NCBI GenBank assembly: GCA_038231135.1 | Contig: JBBRLX010000036.1 | Span: forward strand, 1 to 43,753 | Source: Candidatus Eiseniibacteriota bacterium | GTDB lineage: Bacteria > Eisenbacteria > RBG-16-71-46 | DNA length: 43,753 nt | Direction: 5' to 3' | In this document: piece after piece, positions 29,847 to 39,327 of the stretch | Layout: every line of letters begins with the position of its first letter | Numbering within the stretch: position 1 is the stretch's first letter | The notes under the pieces: model-generated | Told to the model about the DNA's origin: nothing | The model's database searches: none | What the model saw: the letters and a program-made list of their open reading frames with translations, nothing else | Made by a program: the position numbers and the translations under genes

Positions 29847-31451
29847 ATGCTGGTGGTCCGCGCGCGGGTCGCGGGACGTCCCGAGCCTCCCCACGACCGG
29901 CTGTACGATCCGCTGGTGCAGGATCTGGTCGGCGGCGGCCCGCTGGCGGAACGATTCGCCACGCGCTGGAGCGACACGCCCGCGCTCACCGCGCTCGCGC
30001 ACGCCAAGCGGCGCCCGCTGGCCCCGGCGCTCGCGGCGGCGATGCGGGACTACCACGTCCGGCTCGGCGCCACGCCCGAATCGCTGGCGGCGCTCGAACG
30101 GCTCGCGCGGGGCGAGGCGGTGTGCAGCGTCACGGGTCAGCAGCCGGCGCCGCTCGGCGGCCCGCTGTATTCGCTGCACAAGACCGCGTCCGCCGTCGGG
30201 CTCGCGCGGGTGTTCGAGGAACGGACGGGCGCGGCGTGCGTGCCGCTGTACTGGATGCACGGCGAGGATTCGGACTTCCACGAGATCCGCTCGATCACCG
30301 TGTTCGACGGTGCGCTCGCGACGAACGAGCTGTCGATCGGCGCCGAATTCCACCGCGAGGGCGGCCTGGTCGGCAACATTCCCGCCGCGGCGCTGGCGCC
30401 GCTGCATGCGGATGCGCTCGCGTGCTGGGCCGGGCTCGCCGGGGAGTTCGACACGGCGCGGCTGCTGTCCGACGCGCTGGCGCGCGGGCGGGATTTGGGC
30501 GAGGTGTCGAGTGCGCTGATGCTGGCGCTGTTCGGCGCGCAGGGGCTCGTGGTCGTCGATCCGAGGCTGCCCGAGTTCCGCGCCGCGGCGCGTCCGATCC
30601 TCGACCGGTATCTCGCCGACGCCGCGGCGCTCGGCGCCGCGGCCCGCGAGGCGGGCGAGTGGCTCGAGGCGAATGCCGGCCGCCGGCCGCTCACCGACGC
30701 GGCGCTCGAATCGTTCGTGTTCTCGATCGACGACGGCCTGCGCGCCAAGATCATGCCCGACGAGGCGCGGCGTCGCGGCGCCGCGGTCACGCTGTCGCCG
30801 AGCGTGGCGCTGCGGCCTGCGGTGCAGGACGGCGTGTTCCCGACCGTCGCGATGGCGTGCGGCGCCGGTGAGATCAGCTACCTCGCGCAACTCGGCCTTG
30901 TGTTCGAAGGCGTCGGGGTGCGCCCGGCGGCGCCGGTGCCGCGGTTCGCCGCGACGTGGCTGCCGCCCGCCGCGATCGAGCTGCTCGAGGCCGCGGGCGC
31001 CGAGCCCTGGGAACTGGTCGCGGGCGCGGACGCGGTGCTGCGCCGCCACGCCGAGCGGTCGGTGCCGGCGGCGGTGCGCCGAGCGCTCCACGCCGCACGC
31101 GCCGGCGCCACCGCCGGCCTCGACGACGTCCGCGACGCCGCGCGCACCGTCGACGCGAGCCTGCCCCAGATGGTCGAATCGGCGCGCGGCAAGATCGACT
31201 TCCAGTTCGCGCGGCTTGAGGAGGGCGTGACCGCCAAGGCGCGCCAGCAGCTCGAGCGCCAGCATCCGGCGTGGGTGCGCGTGCGCTACGCGCTGCTGCC
31301 GGGGGAGAAGCTGCAGGAGCGGCGGGTCGCGTCGCTCGAGCCCGTCGCGTGGCGTGGCGCCGGGATGATCGACGCGCTGTGCGAACTCGCCGCCGATCAT
31401 GCGCGCCGCGTGGCCGCCGGCGACCTCGAACACTACGTGCTGGAGCTGTGA
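29847..31451 (+). CDS. bshC: Bacillithiol biosynthesis cysteine-adding enzyme BshC
   Basis: VTGQQP..LGGPLYSLHK, YWMHGEDSDFHEI, SPSVALRPAVQD, GEISYLAQ, LQERR; adjacent to bshB1/bshA. Alternative TTG start 29829. Confidence 0.88.
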   Translation: MLVVRARVAGRPEPPHDRLYDPLVQDLVGGGPLAERFATRWSDTPALTALAHAKRRPLAPALAAAMRDYHVRLGATPESLAALERLARGEAVCSVTGQQPAPLGGPLYSLHKTASAVGLARVFEERTGAACVPLYWMHGEDSDFHEIRSITVFDGALATNELSIGAEFHREGGLVGNIPAAALAPLHADALACWAGLAGEFDTARLLSDALARGRDLGEVSSALMLALFGAQGLVVVDPRLPEFRAAARPILDRYLADAAALGAAAREAGEWLEANAGRRPLTDAALESFVFSIDDGLRAKIMPDEARRRGAAVTLSPSVALRPAVQDGVFPTVAMACGAGEISYLAQLGLVFEGVGVRPAAPVPRFAATWLPPAAIELLEAAGAEPWELVAGADAVLRRHAERSVPAAVRRALHAARAGATAGLDDVRDAARTVDASLPQMVESARGKIDFQFARLEEGVTAKARQQLERQHPAWVRVRYALLPGEKLQERRVASLEPVAWRGAGMIDALCELAADHARRVAAGDLEHYVLEL

Positions 31452-31452
31452 C

Positions 31453-32193
31453 GTGAGCGCCGGTCCGGAGTCCGCGGCCGCCGTGTTCTTCGGCGCCCAT
31501 CCCGACGACGTCGAGCTGACGAGCGGCGGCCTGGCGGCGCTGCTGGCATCGCACGGCCACCGGGTGATCGTGGTGGATCTCACGCGCGGCGAGCTGGCGA
31601 GCCGCGGCGACGTCGATCAGCGGGCGGTCGAGGCGCGCGCGGCCGCGGCCGAGCTGGGCGTGGCGGCGCGCGAGAACCTGGCGCTCCCCGACGGCGGCAT
31701 CGACCGCATGGATGGCGCGCAGCAGGCGGCGGTGGTCGCCTGCCTGCGGCGGCATCGGCCGTCGCTGGTCGTCGCGCCCGATCCCGAGGACTCCCATCCG
31801 GATCACGAGGAAGGAGCGTGGCTGGTGCGACGTGCGTGCTATCTGTCGGGACTGGCGAGATTCACCGCGGGCGCGGGCCGGCATCGTCCCGACCGGCTGC
31901 TGTTCGCGCTGTACCGTGGCGGCGCGCGTCCCGACGTGGTGGTGGACGTGACCGCCACGTGGCCGCGCCGCATGGCCGCGTTGCGCGCGCATGCCAGCCA
32001 GCTCGCCGGCGCTCCGGGGCCCGAGACCTACCTCACCGACCCCACGTTCTTTGGCGAGGTCGAGGCGCGCGGCCGGAACTTCGGCGCGATGATCGGCGCG
32101 GCGTACGGCGAGGGCTATCGGTGTCCCGAGCCATTCGCGGTGCGCGATGCCCGGGCGCTGCTGCCGGACCGCGCGCATGCGGGGACGACATGA
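31453..32193 (+). CDS. bshB1: GlcNAc-malate deacetylase BshB1 (PIG-L family)
   Basis: FGAHPDDVEL, DLTRGELASRG, HPDH, RACYLSGL, YGEGY. Confidence 0.9.
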   Translation: MSAGPESAAAVFFGAHPDDVELTSGGLAALLASHGHRVIVVDLTRGELASRGDVDQRAVEARAAAAELGVAARENLALPDGGIDRMDGAQQAAVVACLRRHRPSLVVAPDPEDSHPDHEEGAWLVRRACYLSGLARFTAGAGRHRPDRLLFALYRGGARPDVVVDVTATWPRRMAALRAHASQLAGAPGPETYLTDPTFFGEVEARGRNFGAMIGAAYGEGYRCPEPFAVRDARALLPDRAHAGTT

Positions 32194-33464
32194 GCCGGAC
32201 CCCGGCGAAACCGGCGCGCGCAAAAGCCGCGCGCGCGAAGTCCGCGGCGCGGGCCCCGGCGGGCGCGACCTCCGCGCGTGCGAAGTCCGCGGCGAAGCCC
32301 ACGGCGGCGAAGCCGGCGGGCGCGGACGTGCGCGTGCGGCTGTCACGGCGGCCGAAGCGGATCGGCATCACCTGCTACTCGCACTTCGGCGGCAGCGGCG
32401 TGGTGGCCAGCGAACTGGGTCTCGAACTCGCGCGGCGCGGCTACGAGATCCATTTCATCGCCCACAGCCTGCCGTTCCGGCTGCGCGCGTTCGAGTCGAA
32501 CGTGTTCTTCCACGAGGCCGGCACGGCGAATTATCCGGTGTTCGAGCAGGCGCCGACCAACCTGGCGCTCGCGACCAAGATGGTGGAGGTGACGGAGAAC
32601 TATTCGCTCGACGTGCTGCACGTTCACTACGCGATGCCATTCGCCGCCAGCGCCTACCTCGCGCGCCAGCTGCTGCTGCCGCGCCAGCTCGGCGTCGTCA
32701 CCACGCTGCACGGCACCGACATCACGGTCGTGGGCCTCGAGCCGGCGTTCTTCCGCGTCACCCAGTTCAGCATCCAGTCGAGCGACCGCATCACCGCGGT
32801 GAGCAAATATCTCAAGGAGCGCGCGGAGGCGACGTTCGGCATCACCCGGCCGATCGAAGTCGTGTACAACTTCGTCGATCCGCAGGTGTTCACGCCCCGC
32901 AAGCGCAGCGCGCTGCGACTTGCCCCGCCCGAGACGCGCATCCTGATGCACGCCTCCAACTTCAGGCCGGTCAAGAACATCCCGATCGTGATTCAAGTGT
33001 TCGCCGAGGTCCGCAAGCGGGTTCCGTCCAAGCTGGTGATGATCGGGGACGGGCCCGAGAAGGCCGGGGCCGAGCACCTGGCGCGCGAGCTTGGCGTCGA
33101 GCGCGACGTGCTGTTCCTCGGGAACCAGGATTGCATGGAGGAGCTGCTGCCTCTGGCCGATGTGTTCCTATTGCCGAGCTCGTCCGAGAGCTTCGGTCTC
33201 GTGGCGCTCGAGGCGATGAGCGCGGAGGTGCCGGTGGTCGCATCGACCGCGGGCGGCCTGCCGGAAGTGATCGAACACGGGGTAACGGGCTACCTCCATG
33301 ACTCGCAGCATGTCGCGGGATTCGTGTCGTCGTCGCTGCGTCTGCTCCAGAACGAAGGCCTGCGCCGCGCGATGGGGCGGCGTGCGCGCAAGGTGGCTCG
33401 CGAGCGGTTCAGCGTCGACGAAATGGTCGGCCGCTACATGCGGGTCTACGACTCGCTGCTCTGA
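32190..33464 (+). CDS. bshA: N-acetyl-alpha-D-glucosaminyl L-malate synthase BshA with Ala/Lys/Arg-rich N-terminal extension
   Basis: IGITCY..FGGSGVVASELG, LHVHYAMP, TTLHGTDIT, HASNFRPVK, ESFGLVALEAM; ATGA overlap with bshB1. Confidence 0.93.
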   Translation: MSRTPAKPARAKAARAKSAARAPAGATSARAKSAAKPTAAKPAGADVRVRLSRRPKRIGITCYSHFGGSGVVASELGLELARRGYEIHFIAHSLPFRLRAFESNVFFHEAGTANYPVFEQAPTNLALATKMVEVTENYSLDVLHVHYAMPFAASAYLARQLLLPRQLGVVTTLHGTDITVVGLEPAFFRVTQFSIQSSDRITAVSKYLKERAEATFGITRPIEVVYNFVDPQVFTPRKRSALRLAPPETRILMHASNFRPVKNIPIVIQVFAEVRKRVPSKLVMIGDGPEKAGAEHLARELGVERDVLFLGNQDCMEELLPLADVFLLPSSSESFGLVALEAMSAEVPVVASTAGGLPEVIEHGVTGYLHDSQHVAGFVSSSLRLLQNEGLRRAMGRRARKVARERFSVDEMVGRYMRVYDSLL

Positions 33465-33465
33465 C

Positions 33466-34542
33466 ATGCTCGGCCGTCCGCGCCGCCTGGCGCTGCTCGC
33501 CGAAGGCAGCTTCCGGCCCGACGATGCCAAGACCGCGGTGGGCGTGCTGCGGTATCGCGGCTCCGAGGTCGCGGCGGTGATCGACTCGCGCGCGGCGGGC
33601 CGCACCGCGGGAGCGTGCGTGGGTGCGGGCGGCGACGTGCCGGTCGTGGCGTCGCTCGCCGCCGCGATCGCCGCGGGAGCCGACACGCTGCTGCTGGGCA
33701 CCGCACCCCAGGGGGGCGGCCTTCCGCCGGCGTGGCGCGCGACGGTGCGCGACGCGCTCGCGCACGGACTCGACGTGATCTCGGGCCTGCACGTGTTCCT
33801 CGGCGACGATCCCGAGCTGTCGGCGCTCGCCGCCGCGAGCGGCGCCGCGATCCTCGACGTGCGCCGCCCGGCCGTCGGCCGGCCGGTCGCCGCGGCGCGG
33901 GCCGCGAAGCTCGAGGCGCTGGTGGTGCTGACCGTGGGCAGCGACTGCAGCGTCGGCAAGATGACGACGACACTCGAACTCCAGCGCGAGCTCGCGCGGC
34001 GCGGGGCGCGCGCGGCGTTCGTCGCCACCGGCCAGACCGGCATCATGATCGCGGACCGCGGCGTGCCGGTGGACGCGGTCGCGGCGGACTTCGCCGCGGG
34101 CGCCGTCGAAGCGTGCGTGATCGAGGCGGCGCGCGACGCGGACATCGTGCTGGTCGAAGGCCAGGGCGCGCTGCATCATCCCGGGTATTCGGGGGTGTCG
34201 CTCGCGCTGCTCCACGGCGCGTGCCCGGCCGCGCTGATCCTGTGCCACTGGGAGGGCCGTGCGCACCTGCGGGTCTCCGACGATTCACGGCTGCCGGTGC
34301 CGCCATTGACCGCGGTACGCGAGGCCGCCGAGCGCGCCGCCGCCTGGGTGCGCCCGGCGCGCACGCTCGGCGTGGCGCTCGTGACCCACGATCTCGACGA
34401 CGTCGCGGCGCGGGCCGCGTGCGACCGCCGCGCGCAGGAACTGGGAGTGCCGGCGACGGATGCGGTGCGGTTCGGCGCCGGGCCGCTGGCGGACGCCGTG
34501 CTCGCACTGCGGCACAACCCTTACGCAACGGGAGTCCAATGA
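33466..34542 (+). CDS. DUF1611 protein (DgcN-like putative D-glutamate N-acetyltransferase)
   Basis: AKTAVGVLRY, SGLH, GSDCSVGKMTT, ATGQTG, VEGQGALHHPGYSGV. Confidence 0.88.
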   Translation: MLGRPRRLALLAEGSFRPDDAKTAVGVLRYRGSEVAAVIDSRAAGRTAGACVGAGGDVPVVASLAAAIAAGADTLLLGTAPQGGGLPPAWRATVRDALAHGLDVISGLHVFLGDDPELSALAAASGAAILDVRRPAVGRPVAAARAAKLEALVVLTVGSDCSVGKMTTTLELQRELARRGARAAFVATGQTGIMIADRGVPVDAVAADFAAGAVEACVIEAARDADIVLVEGQGALHHPGYSGVSLALLHGACPAALILCHWEGRAHLRVSDDSRLPVPPLTAVREAAERAAAWVRPARTLGVALVTHDLDDVAARAACDRRAQELGVPATDAVRFGAGPLADAVLALRHNPYATGVQ

Positions 34543-35573
34543 AGCTCACTCACGAACCGCTGCCGCTCGAGACCCAGTTCGAATTCCGCATCGCCGTCGG
34601 CGCCCGGCGCCGGCACGTGAACACGCTGGTCCGCATCGAGCACGACGGCATCACCGGACTGGGCGAGGCCTCGCCGTCGCATTACTACGGCGAGACCGAG
34701 GCGCTGGTGCGCGCGGCGCTCGACGCCTGGGCGCCGGAGCTCGGCGACGACCCGTTCGCGCTCGAGGCGATCGGGCGCCGGCTGGACGCGGTGCTGATGG
34801 GCAACGGCGCCGCGCGCGCGGCGATCGACATGGCGCTCCATGACTGGATCGGCCGGAAGCTCGGCGTTCCGGTGTGGCGGCTGCTCGGCCTCGATCCCAC
34901 GACGGCGCCGCTGTCGTGCGTCACGCTCGGCATGGCCGAGCCCGAGGAGATGGCGCGCAAGCTCGAGACCGTGCTGCACTTTCCGATGCTCAAGGTGAAG
35001 CTCGGCGCGCCGGGGGACGTCGACAACCTGCGCCGGATCCGCGAGCGCTACCGGGGCCGGCTGCGGGTGGACGCGAACACCGCGTGGAACGCGACCGACG
35101 CGGTGCGCGTGCTGCGGGCGATCGCCCCGCTCGACATCGAGCTGGTGGAGCAGCCGGTGCCGCGTCACGATCTGGACGGCCTGCGCTGGGTGCGGGAGCG
35201 CAGCCCGATCCCGGTGTTCGCCGACGAGAGCGCGCATCATCACGGCGATCTCGCGAACCTCGCGGGGCGGGTGGACGGCGTCAACCTCAAGATCATGAAG
35301 ACCGGCGGCATCCGCGAGATGCTGCGCATGATCCACGCCGCGCGCGCACTCGGCATGCAGGTCATGCTCGGGTCCATGGTGGAGTCGAGCCTCGCGCTGT
35401 CCGCGGCGGCGCAGCTCGCGCCGCTCGCCGACTTCCTCGACCTCGACGGCCACTGGCTGCTGAAGCACGACCCGTTCACGGGCGCGCCGGGGGACGCCGG
35501 CCGCATCGTGCTGTCGGAGCGTCCCGGGCTCGGGGTCGAACCGGCGCCGGTCGCGGCGAGCGCGCCGCGGTGA
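34539..35573 (+). CDS. Enolase-superfamily dipeptide epimerase (L-Ala-D/L-Glu epimerase / DgcA-like)
   Basis: LKVKLG, RVDAN, VEQP, FADES, VNLKIMKTGG, DLDG; ATGA overlap with DUF1611 gene. Confidence 0.9.
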   Translation: MKLTHEPLPLETQFEFRIAVGARRRHVNTLVRIEHDGITGLGEASPSHYYGETEALVRAALDAWAPELGDDPFALEAIGRRLDAVLMGNGAARAAIDMALHDWIGRKLGVPVWRLLGLDPTTAPLSCVTLGMAEPEEMARKLETVLHFPMLKVKLGAPGDVDNLRRIRERYRGRLRVDANTAWNATDAVRVLRAIAPLDIELVEQPVPRHDLDGLRWVRERSPIPVFADESAHHHGDLANLAGRVDGVNLKIMKTGGIREMLRMIHAARALGMQVMLGSMVESSLALSAAAQLAPLADFLDLDGHWLLKHDPFTGAPGDAGRIVLSERPGLGVEPAPVAASAPR

Positions 35574-35613
35574 CGACTTCCCCCTTAGAGACCCGCACGA
35601 TGGGGCGCGTGAC

Positions 35614-37056
35614 GTGAGCAACAAGCTCAAGGCCTACATCACCGCCGTCGCGATCGTGGCGATCGCGCTGCTGGTGCTGTGCGCGCCGCACGATTTCGCG
35701 GCGCGCGGTGGCCACTACCTCGGCTGGGTCCTGATCTGCGTGCTGTCGGAAGGACTGTGGGTCAGCACCTACTCCGGCACCGGGACGATCACGATGGCGT
35801 CGACCGCCGGCCTGGCCGTGACGATGCTGTGGGGGCGCGGCGCGGCGATGCTGATCGCGATGGCGAGCACGTTCATCGCGGACCTGTTCGTGCTCAAGAA
35901 GCCGCACATCCGAGTGTTCTTCAACACCTGCCAGATCGCGATCACCACCTGGGTCGCCGCGACCGCGTTCGGTCTGATCGGCGGGCCCATGCAGGGCCTG
36001 GCCGCCGGCGGCATCACCGGGCACGGCGACGCACTCGCGGCGCGGCTGGCGCTGCCGACCCTGGCGATGTTCGTGGGCTACCTGCTCGCGAACCGCACCC
36101 TGGTCGCGGGCGCCGTCGCGTTGTCCACCGAGCGCGTCTACTGGAGCGTGCTGCGCGAGGACTGGCTCACGGTCGAGCGGCTGCTCCAGGACCTGGCGGC
36201 GTTCCTGTTGAGCCCGGTGATGGTGATGTCGTTCCTCGCGATCGGCTATTCGGGGGTGCCGCTGTTCTTCGCGCCGCTGTGGCTGCTGAACGAGTCCTCG
36301 CGGCGCTACTTCCAGCTCAAGAGCTCGCAGCAGCAGCTCGTGCTCGCCGAGCGGACGGCAGCCAAGGCCGAGATCGCGGCCAAGCTTGCGCACAACCTGC
36401 GCCAGATCATCACGGCGGTGCGGAGTCGTGCCCAGATGCTGCTGAAGGATGACGAGCGCCAGACGTACACGAATGTCGCCCGCTATTCGCAGATCATTCT
36501 CGTGCAATCCGACCGCATGGAGCAGATGGCCGAGGGCCTGATGGATTTTTCCGGCCTGGAACTCAAGGTGCAGCGCATCGAGATCAATTCGGTCGTGAAG
36601 CAGGCGATCGAGGTGGTGACGTCGCACGAGCGGTTCAAGGACGTGGAATTGCAGCTGCGGCTGCAGGAACCCGCCCCGGAACTGCGCGCCGACCCCAACC
36701 ACCTCCAGCAGGTTCTGACCAACCTGCTCGTCAATGCCGCCGAAGCGATGAACGATGCGCCCGACGGAAACGGCGGGCGCAGCAAGGTCATCACTGTGAC
36801 GACGGTACGGGATCAGCCGCTGCGGCAGGTGCGCATCACGGTGCACGACACCGGCCCCGGTATTCCCGCTTCGAACCTGGCGAAGCTGTTCGAGCCGCAT
36901 TTCACGACCAAGAAGGAAGGTCACGGCTATGGACTCTCGACGTCCTATCAGGTGATCGAGAGCCACGGTGGCCGGCTCCTCGCCACGAGTGCCATCGGCG
37001 ACGGCGCGACGTTCACGATCGTGCTGCCGATTCCTCCCGAAGCGAGCTTCGGTTGA
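35614..37056 (+). CDS. Membrane-bound sensor histidine kinase
   Basis: Multi-TM N-domain; H-box LAHNLRQ; N-box QVLTNLLVNA; DTGPGI; LFEPHFTTK; GHGYGL. Confidence 0.9.
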   Translation: MSNKLKAYITAVAIVAIALLVLCAPHDFAARGGHYLGWVLICVLSEGLWVSTYSGTGTITMASTAGLAVTMLWGRGAAMLIAMASTFIADLFVLKKPHIRVFFNTCQIAITTWVAATAFGLIGGPMQGLAAGGITGHGDALAARLALPTLAMFVGYLLANRTLVAGAVALSTERVYWSVLREDWLTVERLLQDLAAFLLSPVMVMSFLAIGYSGVPLFFAPLWLLNESSRRYFQLKSSQQQLVLAERTAAKAEIAAKLAHNLRQIITAVRSRAQMLLKDDERQTYTNVARYSQIILVQSDRMEQMAEGLMDFSGLELKVQRIEINSVVKQAIEVVTSHERFKDVELQLRLQEPAPELRADPNHLQQVLTNLLVNAAEAMNDAPDGNGGRSKVITVTTVRDQPLRQVRITVHDTGPGIPASNLAKLFEPHFTTKKEGHGYGLSTSYQVIESHGGRLLATSAIGDGATFTIVLPIPPEASFG

Positions 37057-37090
37057 TGTCCGCCCGAACCGGCCGGGCCGTGACGCGCCC

Positions 37091-38044
37091 ATGCTGACCG
37101 CCGCGGTCGCCCGCGTGGACTTCGGCAGCTGCCTGCTGCTGAAGGACGACGGGGAATTCCTCGAAGCCAACGCCCGCGGCAAGCTGATGGGGCCCAAGAA
37201 ATCGCTGGGCAACGTCGTGGTGGTCGGCGACCTCGCCCACTACGAGCTCGATCAGGACCGCGTGATGATCGTGGACGTGGAGCCGCGCCGGAACGCGTTC
37301 AGCCGCCGCGCGTCCGGCAGTCATCCGGAGGAGCAGGTGATGGCGGCGAACATCGACCAGGTCGTGGTCGTGGCGTCGATCGAGGAGCCGTCGTTCAGTT
37401 CGGGATTCGTCGACCGCGTGCTATCACAGGCGGAGCACGCCGGCATCCCGGCGTGCATTGCGCTGACCAAGACCGACCTCGCCGGCGCCGACGCAGCGGA
37501 CGCGCTGATCGCCGACTATCGCGCGGCGGGATTCACGGCGTGCGCCGTCAGCGCCGTCGCGCGGCAGGGGCTCGACGCGGTGCAGAGCCAGTGCGCGGGA
37601 CGGCGCAGCCTGTTCGTCGGCCACTCGGGGGTGGGGAAGAGCTCGCTGCTCAACGCGATCGTTCCGGGCCTCGAGCTGATCGCCGGGCTGGTGAACGCGA
37701 AGACGCTCAAGGGCCGCCACACCACGACCGCCGCCTGGCTGATCCGCCCCGGCGGGGATTTCGAACTGATCGATACCCCCGGCATGCGCGCGTTCGGGCT
37801 GTGGGGCGTCGACTCGAACGACCTGGAACAGACGTATCCCGAGTTCCGCCCGCTGCTCGGCAGCTGTCGATTCGGCGACTGCCGCCACGAGGCCGAGCCT
37901 GGCTGCGCGCTGCGCGGGGCCGTCGCGGCGCGCGCCATTCCCGCGCGGCGGTTCGAATCGTTCCTCAAACTCAGGTCCGAGCTGCGCCGCGAGGAGGCCG
38001 AAGAGATCGAGAAGGTCCGCGGCAACACCCGCTACCGCCGCTGA
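37091..38044 (+). CDS. rsgA: Ribosome small subunit-dependent GTPase RsgA
   Basis: Circularly permuted GTPase TKTD, GHSGVGKSS, GRHTT, DTPG; Zn site CRFGDCRHEAEPGC. Confidence 0.95.
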   Translation: MLTAAVARVDFGSCLLLKDDGEFLEANARGKLMGPKKSLGNVVVVGDLAHYELDQDRVMIVDVEPRRNAFSRRASGSHPEEQVMAANIDQVVVVASIEEPSFSSGFVDRVLSQAEHAGIPACIALTKTDLAGADAADALIADYRAAGFTACAVSAVARQGLDAVQSQCAGRRSLFVGHSGVGKSSLLNAIVPGLELIAGLVNAKTLKGRHTTTAAWLIRPGGDFELIDTPGMRAFGLWGVDSNDLEQTYPEFRPLLGSCRFGDCRHEAEPGCALRGAVAARAIPARRFESFLKLRSELRREEAEEIEKVRGNTRYRR

Positions 38045-38102
38045 CGGGCGGGGCCAAAGGGGGCATGCGTTTCGACCGCGAGGTCGGCTACAGTCATCGC
38101 CC

Positions 38103-39311
38103 ATGCACCCGTTCAACCCCGATCTGCTCGGTTTCGAATGCCTCGCCTGCGGCGTCCATGTCGCGCCCGAGCGGCTGGTGCCGGTGTGTCCCGAATGCGG
38201 GCGGCCGCTGGTCGCGCGCTACGACCTCGCCAGGCTGCGAGGCACGTGGCGGCGGGAAGATCTGGAGGGCCCGGACCTGTGGCGCTGGTCGCGGGTGCTG
38301 CCGTTCGCGGACGACTTCCGGCCGGCGCGGCTCGGTGAAGGGGGGACGCCACTGCTGCCGCTGCCGCGCGCCGCTGCGCGGCTCGGCCTGGGCACGCTGC
38401 TGCTCAAGGACGAGGCCGGCAATCCCACGCAATCGTTCAAGGCGCGGGGCCTGGCGCTCGCGGTCGCGGGCGCCGTCGCCATCGGCAAGCGCGCGATCGC
38501 GCTGCCGTCGGCGGGCAATGCCGGCAGTGCCGCCGCCGCCTACGCGGCGGCCGCTGGACTCGCGTGCCGCATCACGATCCCCGAGGACACGCCGGCGCTG
38601 TTCGCGCTCGAGCAGCGGGCGTTCGGCGCCGAGGTGATGCTGGTGCCGGGCACGATCTCCGACGCGGGCCGGGCGCTCGGGGCGTGGGCGCCGCCCGGCG
38701 AATGGTGGAACGTGGCGACGTTCAAGGAGCCGTTCCGCCTCGAAGGCAAGAAGACGCTCGGCTACGAAATCGCCGAGCAGTGCGGCTGGCGGCTGCCGGA
38801 CGTGATCCTCTATCCCACGGGTGGCGGCACCGGGCTCGTCGGCATGTGGCGCGCGTTCCTCGAGCTCGAGGCGCTCGGCTGGATCGCGGGCCCGCTGCCG
38901 CGGCTGGTGTCGGTGCAGGTTGCCGGCTGCGCGCCGATCGTGAGGGCGTTCGCCGCGGGCGCCTCGCGGGCGACGCCGTGGGAGCACGCGCACACGGTCG
39001 CGAGCGGATTGCGCGTGCCGGCGCCGTTCGCGGACGACCTGATCCTGCGCGCGATCCAGGAGACCTCGGGCACCGCGATCGCGGTGGCGGAGGACGCGAT
39101 GCTCGACGGCATGTCGGCGCTCGCCGCCGAGGGGTGCTTCGCGTGTCCCGAGGGCGGCGCGACGCTGGCAGCGCTGCGCGAACTGTGCGCGGGCGGCGGC
39201 GTTGCGGCGGGGTCGCGGGTCGTGATCTACAACACCGGCAGCGGCCTCAAGTATCCCGAAGCCTGGCAGGCCGCGCTGGCCCGCCGGCCCGCCGGAGCCC
39301 CGGTGGCGTGA
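38103..39311 (+). CDS. thrC: Threonine synthase (PLP fold type II)
   Basis: N-terminal CxxC..CxxC, LGEGGTPL, NPTQSFKARG, SAGNAG, EGKKT, PTGGGTG, NTGSGLKY; TACAGT lies 8 nt before ATG. Confidence 0.82.
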   Translation: MHPFNPDLLGFECLACGVHVAPERLVPVCPECGRPLVARYDLARLRGTWRREDLEGPDLWRWSRVLPFADDFRPARLGEGGTPLLPLPRAAARLGLGTLLLKDEAGNPTQSFKARGLALAVAGAVAIGKRAIALPSAGNAGSAAAAYAAAAGLACRITIPEDTPALFALEQRAFGAEVMLVPGTISDAGRALGAWAPPGEWWNVATFKEPFRLEGKKTLGYEIAEQCGWRLPDVILYPTGGGTGLVGMWRAFLELEALGWIAGPLPRLVSVQVAGCAPIVRAFAAGASRATPWEHAHTVASGLRVPAPFADDLILRAIQETSGTAIAVAEDAMLDGMSALAAEGCFACPEGGATLAALRELCAGGGVAAGSRVVIYNTGSGLKYPEAWQAALARRPAGAPVA

Positions 39312-39327
39312 GGCCCGGTTCACGAGT

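Noticed and set aside
37056..37097. 13-codon ORF overlapping the kinase stop, possible rsgA frameshift
   Set aside because: RsgA from ATG 37091 already has a normal-length OB-fold N-terminus.
37949..37960. GGTTCGAATC tRNA T-loop-like motif
   Set aside because: Inside the rsgA coding frame; no cloverleaf around it.
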